Below, piece by piece: positions 47,301-56,900 of a stretch of 64,000 nt of DNA. Position 1 is the first letter of the stretch. Each line of letters begins with the position of its first letter. This stretch comes from a virus (Duplodnaviria; Caudoviricetes). Both the position numbers and the translations under genes were made by a program. Location of the stretch: positions 10,896-74,895 of IMG/VR virus record IMGVR_UViG_2974513524_000001; one strand, 5' to 3'. Below the pieces are notes generated by a model. It searched no databases, had not been told where the DNA came from, and saw only the letters and a program-made list of their open reading frames with translations.

Positions 47301-47812
47301 AAACCCTAACTACCACGAACATAAGGTTCGTTATCCTGAAAAAACTAGAGGAATATATCTATATGCCGGTTTACCTGCGTATGGGAAAAGACCTCGAAAA
47401 TATAGTAAGGCGTAACGATGCGTTCAGTAACTCTGACAAGCGCGTGTTCTGGTACAGGGGTGAGAAATGGTCATCTGATATGGTATTTAACAGTCAGGGT
47501 GTGCCTCGGTTACACGAGGAATTGCACCCTGTAATGGACAAGTACGTAGATGAACGTAACTACATCCGTAACGTAGAAGGCCCGCTTGTATCTGGCTTCC
47601 TGCGTTGTATCCTCAATCACAGCAAAGACGCCAGAGAGATGCTGAGCCTTATACCGGTGTCTTTACAAGACCCGATCATGGGCCTCCTGAAGGACACCTT
47701 TGACGAGATACCTTGCCTATCCACGGATCAGGTAGCGGAAATCGTTAAAGCCCCTCAGAACGCAACAGAGGCTATCAAAACGCGGATGATGCGCAACATG
47801 CTGGAGGGATAG
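47297..47812 (+). CDS. Hypothetical protein (N4 gp38-like position)
   Basis: Between helicase and polymerase; FWYRGE segment. Confidence 0.7.
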   Translation: MKTLTTTNIRFVILKKLEEYIYMPVYLRMGKDLENIVRRNDAFSNSDKRVFWYRGEKWSSDMVFNSQGVPRLHEELHPVMDKYVDERNYIRNVEGPLVSGFLRCILNHSKDAREMLSLIPVSLQDPIMGLLKDTFDEIPCLSTDQVAEIVKAPQNATEAIKTRMMRNMLEG

Positions 47813-50439
47813 TGTTCCATCACATATTCCAGAAAAAACCAGACAACAAGTACAAGGTTGCGATCCTGTTAAAGGAACACGCCTTTGACCAGTCTCGGAT
47901 ACGCAGTACATACGTTGATAAATTCGTTGAAGGGGGCATTGCCCTCGACGACGTAATTGCGTTCACGTTGCAGTATGACGACCCTAAAAAGGTCTCTGCA
48001 AAGACAGTAAAGGCATACGTGCCCAAGCTGTTACCTGTGTTGAAGAACCTGGAAACCAAGTACTTATACGTGGCGGACTCCACGTACTTCAAAGCACTGA
48101 CGGGCGAAAAGAAAGCTGAACCCCATTTGGGGTACATCATGAATTGCTGCCACCAAGGCTACGAAGATATCAAAATTGTCTATGGCATCAATTACCAGCA
48201 ATTAGTGTTTGACCCCGCAAAGGCTCCACTACTGACTGCTGGTATCAAAGCCATAATCTCCGACGACACAGGTACTTATGTACCTCCGGGAGACGGGATC
48301 ATTCATAGCGAGTGGTATCCCGACACAGCAGAGGAAATTGCCAAGGCTCTTGAGTTCTTGAAGCAGTTTCCGAAACTCACCTGTGACATTGAAGCGTTTG
48401 ACCTGAAGCTGGAAGGTGCCGGAATCGGCACCATTCAGTTCGCATGGGATAAGCACAACTTTGTTGCGTTTAAGGTAGACCTGCAAGAGTTGGCTGCTAG
48501 GGACGACGACAAAAACTACAGTCGCCGTGTAGACAACCCTGTCCGCCGTAAGCTCTTACGTGAGTTCTTTGAGAGCTATCACGGTGCAATGATCTACCAC
48601 TCTGCGACATTTGACGTTAAGCACTTGATTTACAACCTGTTCATGAAAGATCCATTGGATCGAGTGGGTTTGGTTGATGGGCTTCACGTCATGTGCCGCA
48701 ACCTGCACTGCACAAAGGTAATGGCCTATTTGGCCACCAACTCATGTGCAGGGAACACACTGGGCCTGAAATTTCTGGCACAGGAGTTCGCAGGTAACTG
48801 GGCAGTAGATGACATTGTGGATATACGGAAAATTCCGGTCCACGAATTGCTCAGGTACAACGGGGTTGACGGGCTGTCTACGTTCTACGTGGCAGAAAAG
48901 ATGTACCCCATCATGATCGCGGATAAACAGATCGACCTGTACAACGGGTTGTTCAGGGCATCGCTCAAACTGCTCATACACACCGAGCTGGTTGGCATGC
49001 CGATGTGTCCGAAGAAGATTGTGGAAACCAAGGTAAAACTTGAGGCTCTGCAAAGGGACTACAAGAAGATTATCGATGACCATCCGATGGTTCAGAAGCT
49101 CAACCAAGTGTTGCAGCTGAAAGAGCAAACCAAGGTGAATAGTAAGCTCAAGGTGAAGCAGCATCCGCTGTCGCACTTTGCAGGCACGCTGTTCAACCCA
49201 GGCAGTCCACTGCAATTGCAGGAGCTGCTATATGGTTTGATGGGTCTACCAGTCCTTGAGGTGACGGGTACCAAGCAACCGGCAACGGGAACGAAGGTAA
49301 TCAAGAAGCTCATGGAACACGAACGAGCCAAGCCCTATAAGGACTTGATGCAGGCTCTACGTGACTTCTCTGCGGTCTCTAAAATCATCTCTGCATTCAT
49401 TCCTGCCTTTGAAAATGGGCAGCTGAAAGCAGATGGTATGCGCTACCTACATGGTTGCTTCAACCTTGGCGGTACAGTCAGTGGACGCCTATCCAGTTCA
49501 GATCCAAACATGCAGAACATCCCAGCAGGCTCTGCCTACGGCAAGCTGATTAAGGAGATGTTTATGGCACCACCCGGATGGTTATTCGTGGGTGCCGACT
49601 TTGCATCATTGGAAGACCGGATCAGTGCACTACTGACCAAAGACCCAAACAAGCTAAAGGTATATACCGATGGCTTCGACGGTCACGCACTGCGAGCAGT
49701 GTCGTACTGGCCAGATGAAATGCCTGACATTGACCCTAACTCTGTAGCTAGCGTTAACGCACTCAGTGAGAAAGGTCATAAGTATGGGCACTTCAGGCAA
49801 GACTCCAAGACCCCAACATTCTTGTTGACCTATGGTGGTACACACCACGGGATGATGAGGCAGCTGGGCTGGGATAAAGCCAAATCCATAGAGGTAGAGA
49901 AACGCTATCACGACCTTTACAAAGTGTCGGATGAATTCATTGCAGAACGCATTGAGCGAGCAACGCGAGACGGCTACGTAGAAGTTGCATTCGGTCTACG
50001 TGTTCGTACCCCGTTGTTAGCCAAGTCGATCTTGAATACCAAGAGTACTCCCTACGAAGCAGCCGCTGAGGGGCGTACAGCCGGTAACGCAATGGGCCAG
50101 TCATATGGTCTGTTGAACAACCGTGCTGGTATCGACTTCATGGAACGTGTCTACGCAAGTGAGTGGCGTTACTCCATTCACCCGGTCGCATGGATTCATG
50201 ATGCGGGTTACTACATCCTTGAGCAGAACCTTTCATGCTTGAAGTTCGCCAATGACGGTATTGTCGATGCGATGAGCTGGCAGGAATTGCCGGAAATTGC
50301 ACACGACGAAGTAAAACTAGGTGCTGACTTAGACCTGTTCTACCCATCATGGGCACAAGCTTGCACGCTTCCCAATGGAGCGAGCGAAGCAGAACTGAAA
50401 GCTGTTTGTAACGCCCACGCAGAGAAGTGTGCTGCATGA
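47812..50439 (+). CDS. Family A DNA polymerase
   Basis: Exo CDIE, GTVSGRLSSSDPNMQN, motif A DFASLEDR, motif B RQDSKTPTFLLTYGG, motif C IHDA. Confidence 0.95.
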   Translation: MFHHIFQKKPDNKYKVAILLKEHAFDQSRIRSTYVDKFVEGGIALDDVIAFTLQYDDPKKVSAKTVKAYVPKLLPVLKNLETKYLYVADSTYFKALTGEKKAEPHLGYIMNCCHQGYEDIKIVYGINYQQLVFDPAKAPLLTAGIKAIISDDTGTYVPPGDGIIHSEWYPDTAEEIAKALEFLKQFPKLTCDIEAFDLKLEGAGIGTIQFAWDKHNFVAFKVDLQELAARDDDKNYSRRVDNPVRRKLLREFFESYHGAMIYHSATFDVKHLIYNLFMKDPLDRVGLVDGLHVMCRNLHCTKVMAYLATNSCAGNTLGLKFLAQEFAGNWAVDDIVDIRKIPVHELLRYNGVDGLSTFYVAEKMYPIMIADKQIDLYNGLFRASLKLLIHTELVGMPMCPKKIVETKVKLEALQRDYKKIIDDHPMVQKLNQVLQLKEQTKVNSKLKVKQHPLSHFAGTLFNPGSPLQLQELLYGLMGLPVLEVTGTKQPATGTKVIKKLMEHERAKPYKDLMQALRDFSAVSKIISAFIPAFENGQLKADGMRYLHGCFNLGGTVSGRLSSSDPNMQNIPAGSAYGKLIKEMFMAPPGWLFVGADFASLEDRISALLTKDPNKLKVYTDGFDGHALRAVSYWPDEMPDIDPNSVASVNALSEKGHKYGHFRQDSKTPTFLLTYGGTHHGMMRQLGWDKAKSIEVEKRYHDLYKVSDEFIAERIERATRDGYVEVAFGLRVRTPLLAKSILNTKSTPYEAAAEGRTAGNAMGQSYGLLNNRAGIDFMERVYASEWRYSIHPVAWIHDAGYYILEQNLSCLKFANDGIVDAMSWQELPEIAHDEVKLGADLDLFYPSWAQACTLPNGASEAELKAVCNAHAEKCAA

Positions 50440-50627
50440 CAACACATTACGTGTTGGTGGCTATTAGCACTCCCGGAATGGACGATCATGAACTTGCCGC
50501 TGAGATGGTCTCTGAGATCCTCGAAAATGATGAGTTGCTTTATATGATCGGTCATTCCGGTGGTCCTAACCCACCTTATGAACGCCATGCTGAGATTATC
50601 AGCGTGACACCTGAAACCTTGGGGTAA
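50436..50627 (+). CDS. Hypothetical protein
   Basis: ATGA-coupled small acidic ORF. Confidence 0.55.
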   Translation: MTTHYVLVAISTPGMDDHELAAEMVSEILENDELLYMIGHSGGPNPPYERHAEIISVTPETLG

Positions 50628-50630
50628 ACC

Positions 50631-51074
50631 ATGCTCAAACCACTGAAAGAAAAGTACTGGCCGATGTACATGAACATGGCTTATGCAGCGGAAGCTCAAA
50701 CTGCTGCTCGGCGTGAACAAGTCGGCTGTGTGATTGTCACTCAGACTGGTTTGATCTTGCCCGGTTACAACGGTCAGCCTGCTGGCCACCACACCAACTG
50801 TTGCGAAAACACGCCTGTCGTCGAACACGGTGTACAGCGTATGAAAACAGATCCCACTGTCATTCATGCCGAGGACAATGCTTTGCGTAAAGCCAAGCTA
50901 TCTGGAGTTGATATGGAAGGGGCTCACCTGTTCGTAACTGTGTCGCCTTGCCCAACGTGCTGCGCACTCATTGCTGAAACAGGCATTGAAGCTGTGCATT
51001 ACCATCGGCATCACGATGACATGTCGGGGTTCCAAATCCTCGATGAGGCTGGGATCGCAATCATTCCCTCATAG
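50631..51074 (+). CDS. dCMP deaminase
   Basis: VGCVIV, GYNG, HAE and SPCPTC zinc motifs. Confidence 0.92.
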   Translation: MLKPLKEKYWPMYMNMAYAAEAQTAARREQVGCVIVTQTGLILPGYNGQPAGHHTNCCENTPVVEHGVQRMKTDPTVIHAEDNALRKAKLSGVDMEGAHLFVTVSPCPTCCALIAETGIEAVHYHRHHDDMSGFQILDEAGIAIIPS

Positions 51075-51083
51075 GAGTGTTGT

Positions 51084-51329
51084 TTGATCTTTGCTCACAA
51101 TGTCAACGGAACACCCTGCCTTGTGCAGGTAACACACTACTCAGCACCCTGCCCAATGCGGATTACCGGCACTGGCTTTGGTGATGCTGAGCCGCCTGAA
51201 CACGAAGAATTTGAGTACAACATCCTTGACTGTGACAACCGTCACTGGCCGGAGATGGAAGACCAGATGACTCGTGATGACCACGCCAAAGTTCTCGCTG
51301 CCTACAAGGATAAGCGGGGGCTTCGATAG
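51084..51329 (+). CDS. Hypothetical protein
   Basis: AGGAG RBS; GTPCLVQV...AEPPE..EFEY. Confidence 0.7.
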   Translation: MIFAHNVNGTPCLVQVTHYSAPCPMRITGTGFGDAEPPEHEEFEYNILDCDNRHWPEMEDQMTRDDHAKVLAAYKDKRGLR

Positions 51330-51338
51330 GAGCCAACC

Positions 51339-51779
51339 ATGGCCTATGAACGAACACCGCATACACCGGGTATCTACGGCCATGCACCTGTCAACGGTAA
51401 ATGGTTCTTCATCCACGAAGCCAGTCGTATGGTTCGCGTGGATGACTTACAAACCCAACCAGTCCCAATTAATGCGGGCTGGAAACAAGTCTCGCTGGCA
51501 GAGTGGGTAGAGTTCCGTAAGGAAACTGCCGCTATGTCGCCGGTTAAACGTAACAAAATGCACAGGAGTCTGTACGCATGCAATACATTCGACAAACCGT
51601 CACCATCAGCCACTACATCGCGGCAGACGACACCCTCACAGAAGAAGTCCAGCAGCAAATCGCAGCAGATGTCCGGCTGCTCCTCAAAACCCAAGGCGAA
51701 AACGTCATCGCCCAAATCGGTGGATACCTCAACCTCCAAGCCGGTCGCGACGAAGAAGCGCGGCCAGAAATCCTCGTAA
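51339..51779 (+). CDS. Hypothetical protein (3' half overlaps the next gene)
   Basis: AGGAG RBS; the last ~65 aa are low-complexity S/K/T. Confidence 0.55.
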   Translation: MAYERTPHTPGIYGHAPVNGKWFFIHEASRMVRVDDLQTQPVPINAGWKQVSLAEWVEFRKETAAMSPVKRNKMHRSLYACNTFDKPSPSATTSRQTTPSQKKSSSKSQQMSGCSSKPKAKTSSPKSVDTSTSKPVATKKRGQKSS

Positions 51780-51838
51780 CTGTTACGAGCGAAGAAATCT
51801 GTGACGTATCAGCGGAGTCAGGATATGGCCAGGACTAA
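51578..51838 (+). CDS. Hypothetical protein
   Basis: AGGAG RBS upstream; normal globular composition. Confidence 0.55.
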   Translation: MQYIRQTVTISHYIAADDTLTEEVQQQIAADVRLLLKTQGENVIAQIGGYLNLQAGRDEEARPEILVTVTSEEICDVSAESGYGQD

Positions 51839-52154
51839 AGGTTTTCGTCAGATCAAGTTTACCGACGAACAGTTGGCTGAACTTAAGAAACGATATGAAG
51901 CCGGGGAATCAACCACTAAATTGTCGAGAATTTATGGTATGCACCCGACTACAACAGTTACGTACCTACGTCAGTTAGGTGCAGTAATTAAACCAGCACA
52001 TGCCCCTTCGGCAGTTACAGAAGCACAACTGGGCCAGGTTGCAGACCTTAAATCAAAAGGTTACACCTGGGCACAGATGGGCGAACTGTTTAAGGTAAAC
52101 GATAAGACACTTCGTCATGCTTATTACCGTTACCTGAAAAGAGACGAACAGTAA
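51825..52154 (+). CDS. Tandem HTH DNA-binding protein
   Basis: GESTTKLSRIYGMHPTT and GYTWAQMGELFKVNDKTL helix-turn-helix units. Confidence 0.7.
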   Translation: MARTKGFRQIKFTDEQLAELKKRYEAGESTTKLSRIYGMHPTTTVTYLRQLGAVIKPAHAPSAVTEAQLGQVADLKSKGYTWAQMGELFKVNDKTLRHAYYRYLKRDEQ

Positions 52155-52225
52155 ACTGTATAGACTCCGTATTGGTATGTATCATGGCACTCGGCTTCCA
52201 TGTATATCATTAACGGAGTTTCAAC

Positions 52226-52552
52226 ATGCCGGGGACTAGTGATCCGAATGTCTGGAGCGTTATCGCTGCGATCATTGTCACCTTAATCAGTGGCTTGTTA
52301 GCAATTGCGCACAGACTGACTGATGGCCAACAGAAATTCAGTTGGCTTTGGTTTCTAACGCAGATGGGTGGTGCCGTTTTAGCCGGATACTTGATGTGGG
52401 ATCTCTATCCCTTGGTCAAAGACCAATTGCCAGTGTGGTGTACCCAACCGATTATGATCAGCTTGTCTGCTCACTACGGTGGTAAGTTCTTCTCACTAGC
52501 AGAATTTGTATTCAAGAAGCGCTACAACCTACCTCTCTCAGGAGGTAGTTAA
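52226..52552 (+). CDS. Putative holin (LydA-like)
   Basis: 108 aa, about three TM segments, FSW.WFL...SAHYGG pattern, basic C-terminus; near spanins and endolysin. Confidence 0.65.
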   Translation: MPGTSDPNVWSVIAAIIVTLISGLLAIAHRLTDGQQKFSWLWFLTQMGGAVLAGYLMWDLYPLVKDQLPVWCTQPIMISLSAHYGGKFFSLAEFVFKKRYNLPLSGGS

Positions 52553-52569
52553 AACCATCGAACAACCCT

Positions 52570-52597
52570 AAGCCTCGCATTCGCGGGGCTTTTTATT
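52570..52597 (+). terminator. Rho-independent terminator
   Basis: AAGCCTCGC-ATTC-GCGGGGCTT followed by TTTATT. Confidence 0.75.
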
Positions 52598-52609
52598 GGA
52601 GACACTCAA

Positions 52610-52888
52610 ATGAATTTGCAGACGGTCGTATACGACGAAGATGAAGAGTATTCAAAATCCATTATTATGGATCTGTGTAATACAGGAGCTGTCACAGCTT
52701 GCTGCGAAGGTGACGCTATCCAGCAACGTGATGAAGCATTGGCTTGGGCTACTGCTGTAACCGAAGCCAATAAGGTTGCTCACCTGTTTAACAGTGGCAG
52801 TGGGATGATGATGCATTTGCAGCAAGAATATGGCAAAGCCCTTATGGCTTTGGAAGAAAGTATGAAAAAGGAGCCTAACGGCTCCTGA
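52610..52888 (+). CDS. Hypothetical protein
   Basis: 92 aa, GGAG RBS. Confidence 0.65.
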   Translation: MNLQTVVYDEDEEYSKSIIMDLCNTGAVTACCEGDAIQQRDEALAWATAVTEANKVAHLFNSGSGMMMHLQQEYGKALMALEESMKKEPNGS

Positions 52889-53378
52889 TATCATCGTAGA
52901 AGGCAGTGCATTGCGTTGCCTTTACGTACCACTCGTCAGCTGTTCCTGCCACCCTTTGAAGTTCTTCTGTTGCCTCTCCGAACAGCTTGGTAAGCACCAA
53001 TGCGGTTTGGATTGTACCCTCATGGATTCCGGCATCGCGGGCAAGCTGGCTGGCTTTACGAAGGCGGGACTCGGTTCCGGCGAGCGTACTCCGCAAGCTG
53101 TCAGCGTCCCTAGCAAGATTGTCACGCTCAGCAAGAACAGCAGCCATTCGAGCGCTTTGAAGTTTTTCTTGTTCTTCTCGCACCAAATTGAAGCTTTGTT
53201 CGCGTTCCCGCTGTGTTGTTTCGGCTGTACGTGCATTTCGTTCATCCTCAAGGACATGCTCTGCCATGGCCTTAGCGTGTACTTTGTCTGACGCAGCCCC
53301 ACCTTTGTTATAACTCACAATAGCTGTGAGAGCAAAGGCAGAGGCAAGCAGAATCAATTTCCACTTGGCCGTTAGCAT
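52875..53378 (-). CDS. i-spanin (Rz-like)
   Basis: N-terminal TM, periplasmic coiled coil, C-terminal ADEW...QCTAFYD; follows endolysin. Confidence 0.8.
   Translation of the reverse strand: MLTAKWKLILLASAFALTAIVSYNKGGAASDKVHAKAMAEHVLEDERNARTAETTQREREQSFNLVREEQEKLQSARMAAVLAERDNLARDADSLRSTLAGTESRLRKASQLARDAGIHEGTIQTALVLTKLFGEATEELQRVAGTADEWYVKATQCTAFYDDIRSR
52922..53236 (-). CDS. o-spanin (Rz1-like), embedded in the i-spanin
   Basis: +1 frame; hydrophobic signal with lipobox LTAC followed by a Pro-rich segment; start uncertain. Confidence 0.75.
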   Translation of the reverse strand: MHVQPKQHSGNANKASIWCEKNKKNFKALEWLLFLLSVTILLGTLTACGVRSPEPSPAFVKPASLPAMPESMRVQSKPHWCLPSCSERQQKNFKGWQEQLTSGT

Positions 53379-53875
53379 TACACACCCAATTCCTTGCGAG
53401 CTTGGGCGTAGAAACCATCCCAAGTAGCACGATGTGGTTTACCAGGACGCCACGTACGTTTCGCGTAGCATTCCCATGCATCTTCGACAGCACCTACCTT
53501 GGGTAGTGCCTTAGCGTCAGCCAGAAGTAGCAAACGAGCGAAGCCAGCAGCCAATACATCATTGGTTTCCATGGCTCGCCATACAGTCTTAGGATCAGCT
53601 GCAATACCCAGCTGACGGCAGAATTGCTTAGCCAATGGGCCTACACGGTAGTGGTTGAGTACACCCCAAACCCCACCTTTAGATTTCTCGTTGCCTTCTT
53701 CAAACTGCCAGAAGCCACGAGCAGGACCACCACCTAACTGGGCACGATACTGAAACCGAGACTCCTGCAAACCAATGGTAAGCAGTAGCAGTCGTGCGGC
53801 TGAAGTGTCGTAACCCGTTGGAAAGTAAGTAAACATACTGTCCAAAATAGTTTTATTTACTGTGCTGAGTTCCAT
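53378..53875 (-). CDS. Endolysin (lysozyme-like fold)
   Basis: LLTIGLQES...GPARGFWQFE...RTWRPGKPH motifs; AAGGA RBS. Confidence 0.85.
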   Translation of the reverse strand: MELSTVNKTILDSMFTYFPTGYDTSAARLLLLTIGLQESRFQYRAQLGGGPARGFWQFEEGNEKSKGGVWGVLNHYRVGPLAKQFCRQLGIAADPKTVWRAMETNDVLAAGFARLLLLADAKALPKVGAVEDAWECYAKRTWRPGKPHRATWDGFYAQARKELGV

Positions 53876-53887
53876 AATGTTCCTTGA

Positions 53888-53910
53888 ATAGGCCCCTTTC
53901 GGGGCCATTT
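53888..53910 (-). terminator. Hairpin after the tail fibre gene
   Basis: Minus strand GGCCCC-GAAA-GGGGCC with a weak U-tract. Confidence 0.45.
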
Positions 53911-53912
53911 AT

Positions 53913-56900
53913 TTATTGGTTCCAGGGCATAGCGAAAAGTTGAGCAGTGTTTTCGTATACACCCGCCGAAGGGGTTTCAAACAAACCTTTCTGTGAGTTG
54001 TTACCCCAAGCTACAACTGTACCTTTGGCACTCACACAAACAAAAGTAGCTCCGCCTGCTTCCGAAGCCTCTGTGTTCAATTGGCCAAGCAATTCTGGAT
54101 CAAATGGAGACCCATCAAGATCGAGTCCAGGAAGCATAGTACGAACTGGGACAGTGGCATCTGTAAGATTACCAGTGCAAGTCTGACCTAAACCAGACCG
54201 CCCAATAGACCACACTGCAATGCTTCCATTGACTGGTTTCATCTTAACAAAGCTAGAGTGTCCGTAAGCATAAGTATTTCGTGAAAAACCTCGGTTAAGC
54301 ATACGGTCAACGCCCCCAGCGCTAAATGCTGGTACAGCCGTAGGAGCAAATTTATTGCCTGCTGTGCCTGTACCATCTTGCCCCTGGCCGTTATGCCCCC
54401 ATACATATAGCTTGTCGTCTTGACCAACTACAAAGACGTTGCAAGGGCCATCACCTGCTACCACACAGTCTTTTGGTAAAGAAACCAAAGGAACATTGAA
54501 TGGTGTAGTCACATCACCGGCAGAACCTTTACCAACCTGTCCATATTCATTAGAACCTGAAGTACGAACCCATTTGTTCGCTGCAAATACAACAGTGCAA
54601 CCTCGGCTATTAACAGAAGTGCTTTGGAAGCCATACCCACCTGTAATTTCAGTGATTTCTGCTACAGCAGCGGAGCCACCCCAGTTTGTAGTTACATCAA
54701 CAAAGTTTAACTTGTTGGCAGCGTCACCAGTACCAAGCTGGCCTTGAAGGTTGTAGCCACAAGCGAACAGACGGTTGTCTGTAGTTTGCAAGAATGTGCA
54801 GCCATACAGTGCACCCAAGTTCCACAGGTTTTTAACTGTGCCAGTGGCAACAGGGAAACACAGCGTCCAGTTAAGGACTTGTGCGGTACTACCTACCCCA
54901 GCTGCACCATACTGGTTGTTACCAGCCGAATAGATACCATCTGCTTTTTTAATGAAGAAACGAGTTTCACCAGTGCTAAGAGAAGAGTTGGTAATGTGAG
55001 AATACGCGTCTAAAACAGCAGTATTACTCAGTACAGGAACACCTTGAGCAGTGGTGTTACCGATACCAAACTGCCCGCCAGATTGGTTACCCCAAGAATA
55101 CAGGTTGCCATTGGCGCACAACGCAAAGTTACAGATTCCGTTACCACCAATTTTTACTACTGGGGAACCATCAGGAATAGGCACTTTAGAGCAACCCGGC
55201 AAACCAAAGCGCCAAGAACTAGCATTAGTATTACCAGCTTGGAAACCACGAGCTGCACCAGTAGTCGCGTAAGTGGTTGGTAAGCCCATAATCGAGTACA
55301 CAGATCCATTAACCAAGAAGTTCAGTACACCATGACCAGCACCTAATAGCTGAGTCACTTTACGTTGCTGAAGCTTAGCAATGTCAGCAGTGTGCTGAAC
55401 CACAGTAGTAGCAAGAGCTGTTACGTCAACGCTACCAGTGTTTACTTCTTTAGCTGCACCGTGGGTACACCAAATTACAGTTTCATTTGAACCACGGGTT
55501 TCAGCACCAAATCGTGGTGTACCGTTAGCTCCATCCGCCGAGAATTTCGGCAGACTGAAGTAGTTGATGCCTACTTGCTGAAAATACGCACCAAACAGCG
55601 AAGCACTGTTAGAGGCACCCGGATAACCGGAATTCAACCCTTGAAGCATATAGTTAGGTTTCAGGGAATGTTCCAAACGGAAACCCTGGAATTGGTCAGT
55701 CTGGTGCAAACCAGCAGACCCAGCCGAGTTACGCCCATCACCACGCAAGGTCATTGCCGAGATAGTGAAACCATCAGCAGCTTTACCGTTGGTGTCTGGC
55801 ATACGGAACGTAGTAGTACCGTTACCTTTAGATGGCAAGCCTCGCTTGTCATACGGCGCTGCAAGCCATACCGAATCATCGATAGCTACTGTCGAGTACA
55901 GTGCCCATAGGTCTGGCCAAGTAGCACGGTCAAGCAATTGACCATCACGAGGTACAGAGCCAGCGGGGATGGTTGCACGGGATACCGTCCATGGGTAAGT
56001 AGTACCCACAGCCATACCTGCACCACCACCAGATTTAATTTCTACCCATTCACCCCATACACCAGCAGTCTTGAACCGCTGACGGCGAGTGACTTCAGGA
56101 TCAATACTGATCCAGCTTTGGAATGCATAGTCAGTGGCAGTCCAGTTATCGTGTTGCAAGTAACCTTGGTTACGAGAATCAGCACCTGGGAACACAGAAC
56201 CAGTCCAAGTACCTGAAGTGGTGTACTTACCGTTATTCAGTGGATCATTGGCAGAGGCTTTAGACTCACCAACCAAAGCACCATTACCACCCTGTGCAAT
56301 AGACAGAGGGGTAGTGAGCCCACTCAAGGAAGTGATATCGCTATTAGCACCTTTCATTGCCCGGTTATTGATATCAGCAGCCGAGGAAGTGATCTGTGCT
56401 TGGAGTTTGCCCAAGGCAACCAACACAGTATCCAGTGCAGTAACAGCAGTAGCTGTATCAGTAACGAAGCCAGTAAGCGAAGCTGCACGTACCGAAGCGT
56501 AGATAGATACCCACTGCTTAAGACCGTTCAGGTACTGGAGTTCAGTACCAGCTGCAATGACAGGTTCCTTGCTAGCAATGGCAGTAGCTTGAGGGCCAGA
56601 TACTGGCTTAGCGTTATCTGGTGTGTTGTCCACCAAAGGCAGTCCAATGGATGCCTTGGTAAGCACCACCACACCTGTTTCCCCGTTTACGGACGAAACA
56701 GATTCAGTATTGTCAATCTTGTAGAACTGATCTTCAGTCTTGGAATAGACCAGAGTGTCGCCTACACCGTAGTCGATACCATCTACTACACCACCAACAG
56801 TTACCTTCCAGAAACCAGCATTGTTGGGTTTAGGTGGGTAAGTGTTAGAAGACAGATCAATAGAGCCGTATTCAATGAGAGCGCCTGTGATAGCGCTGGC

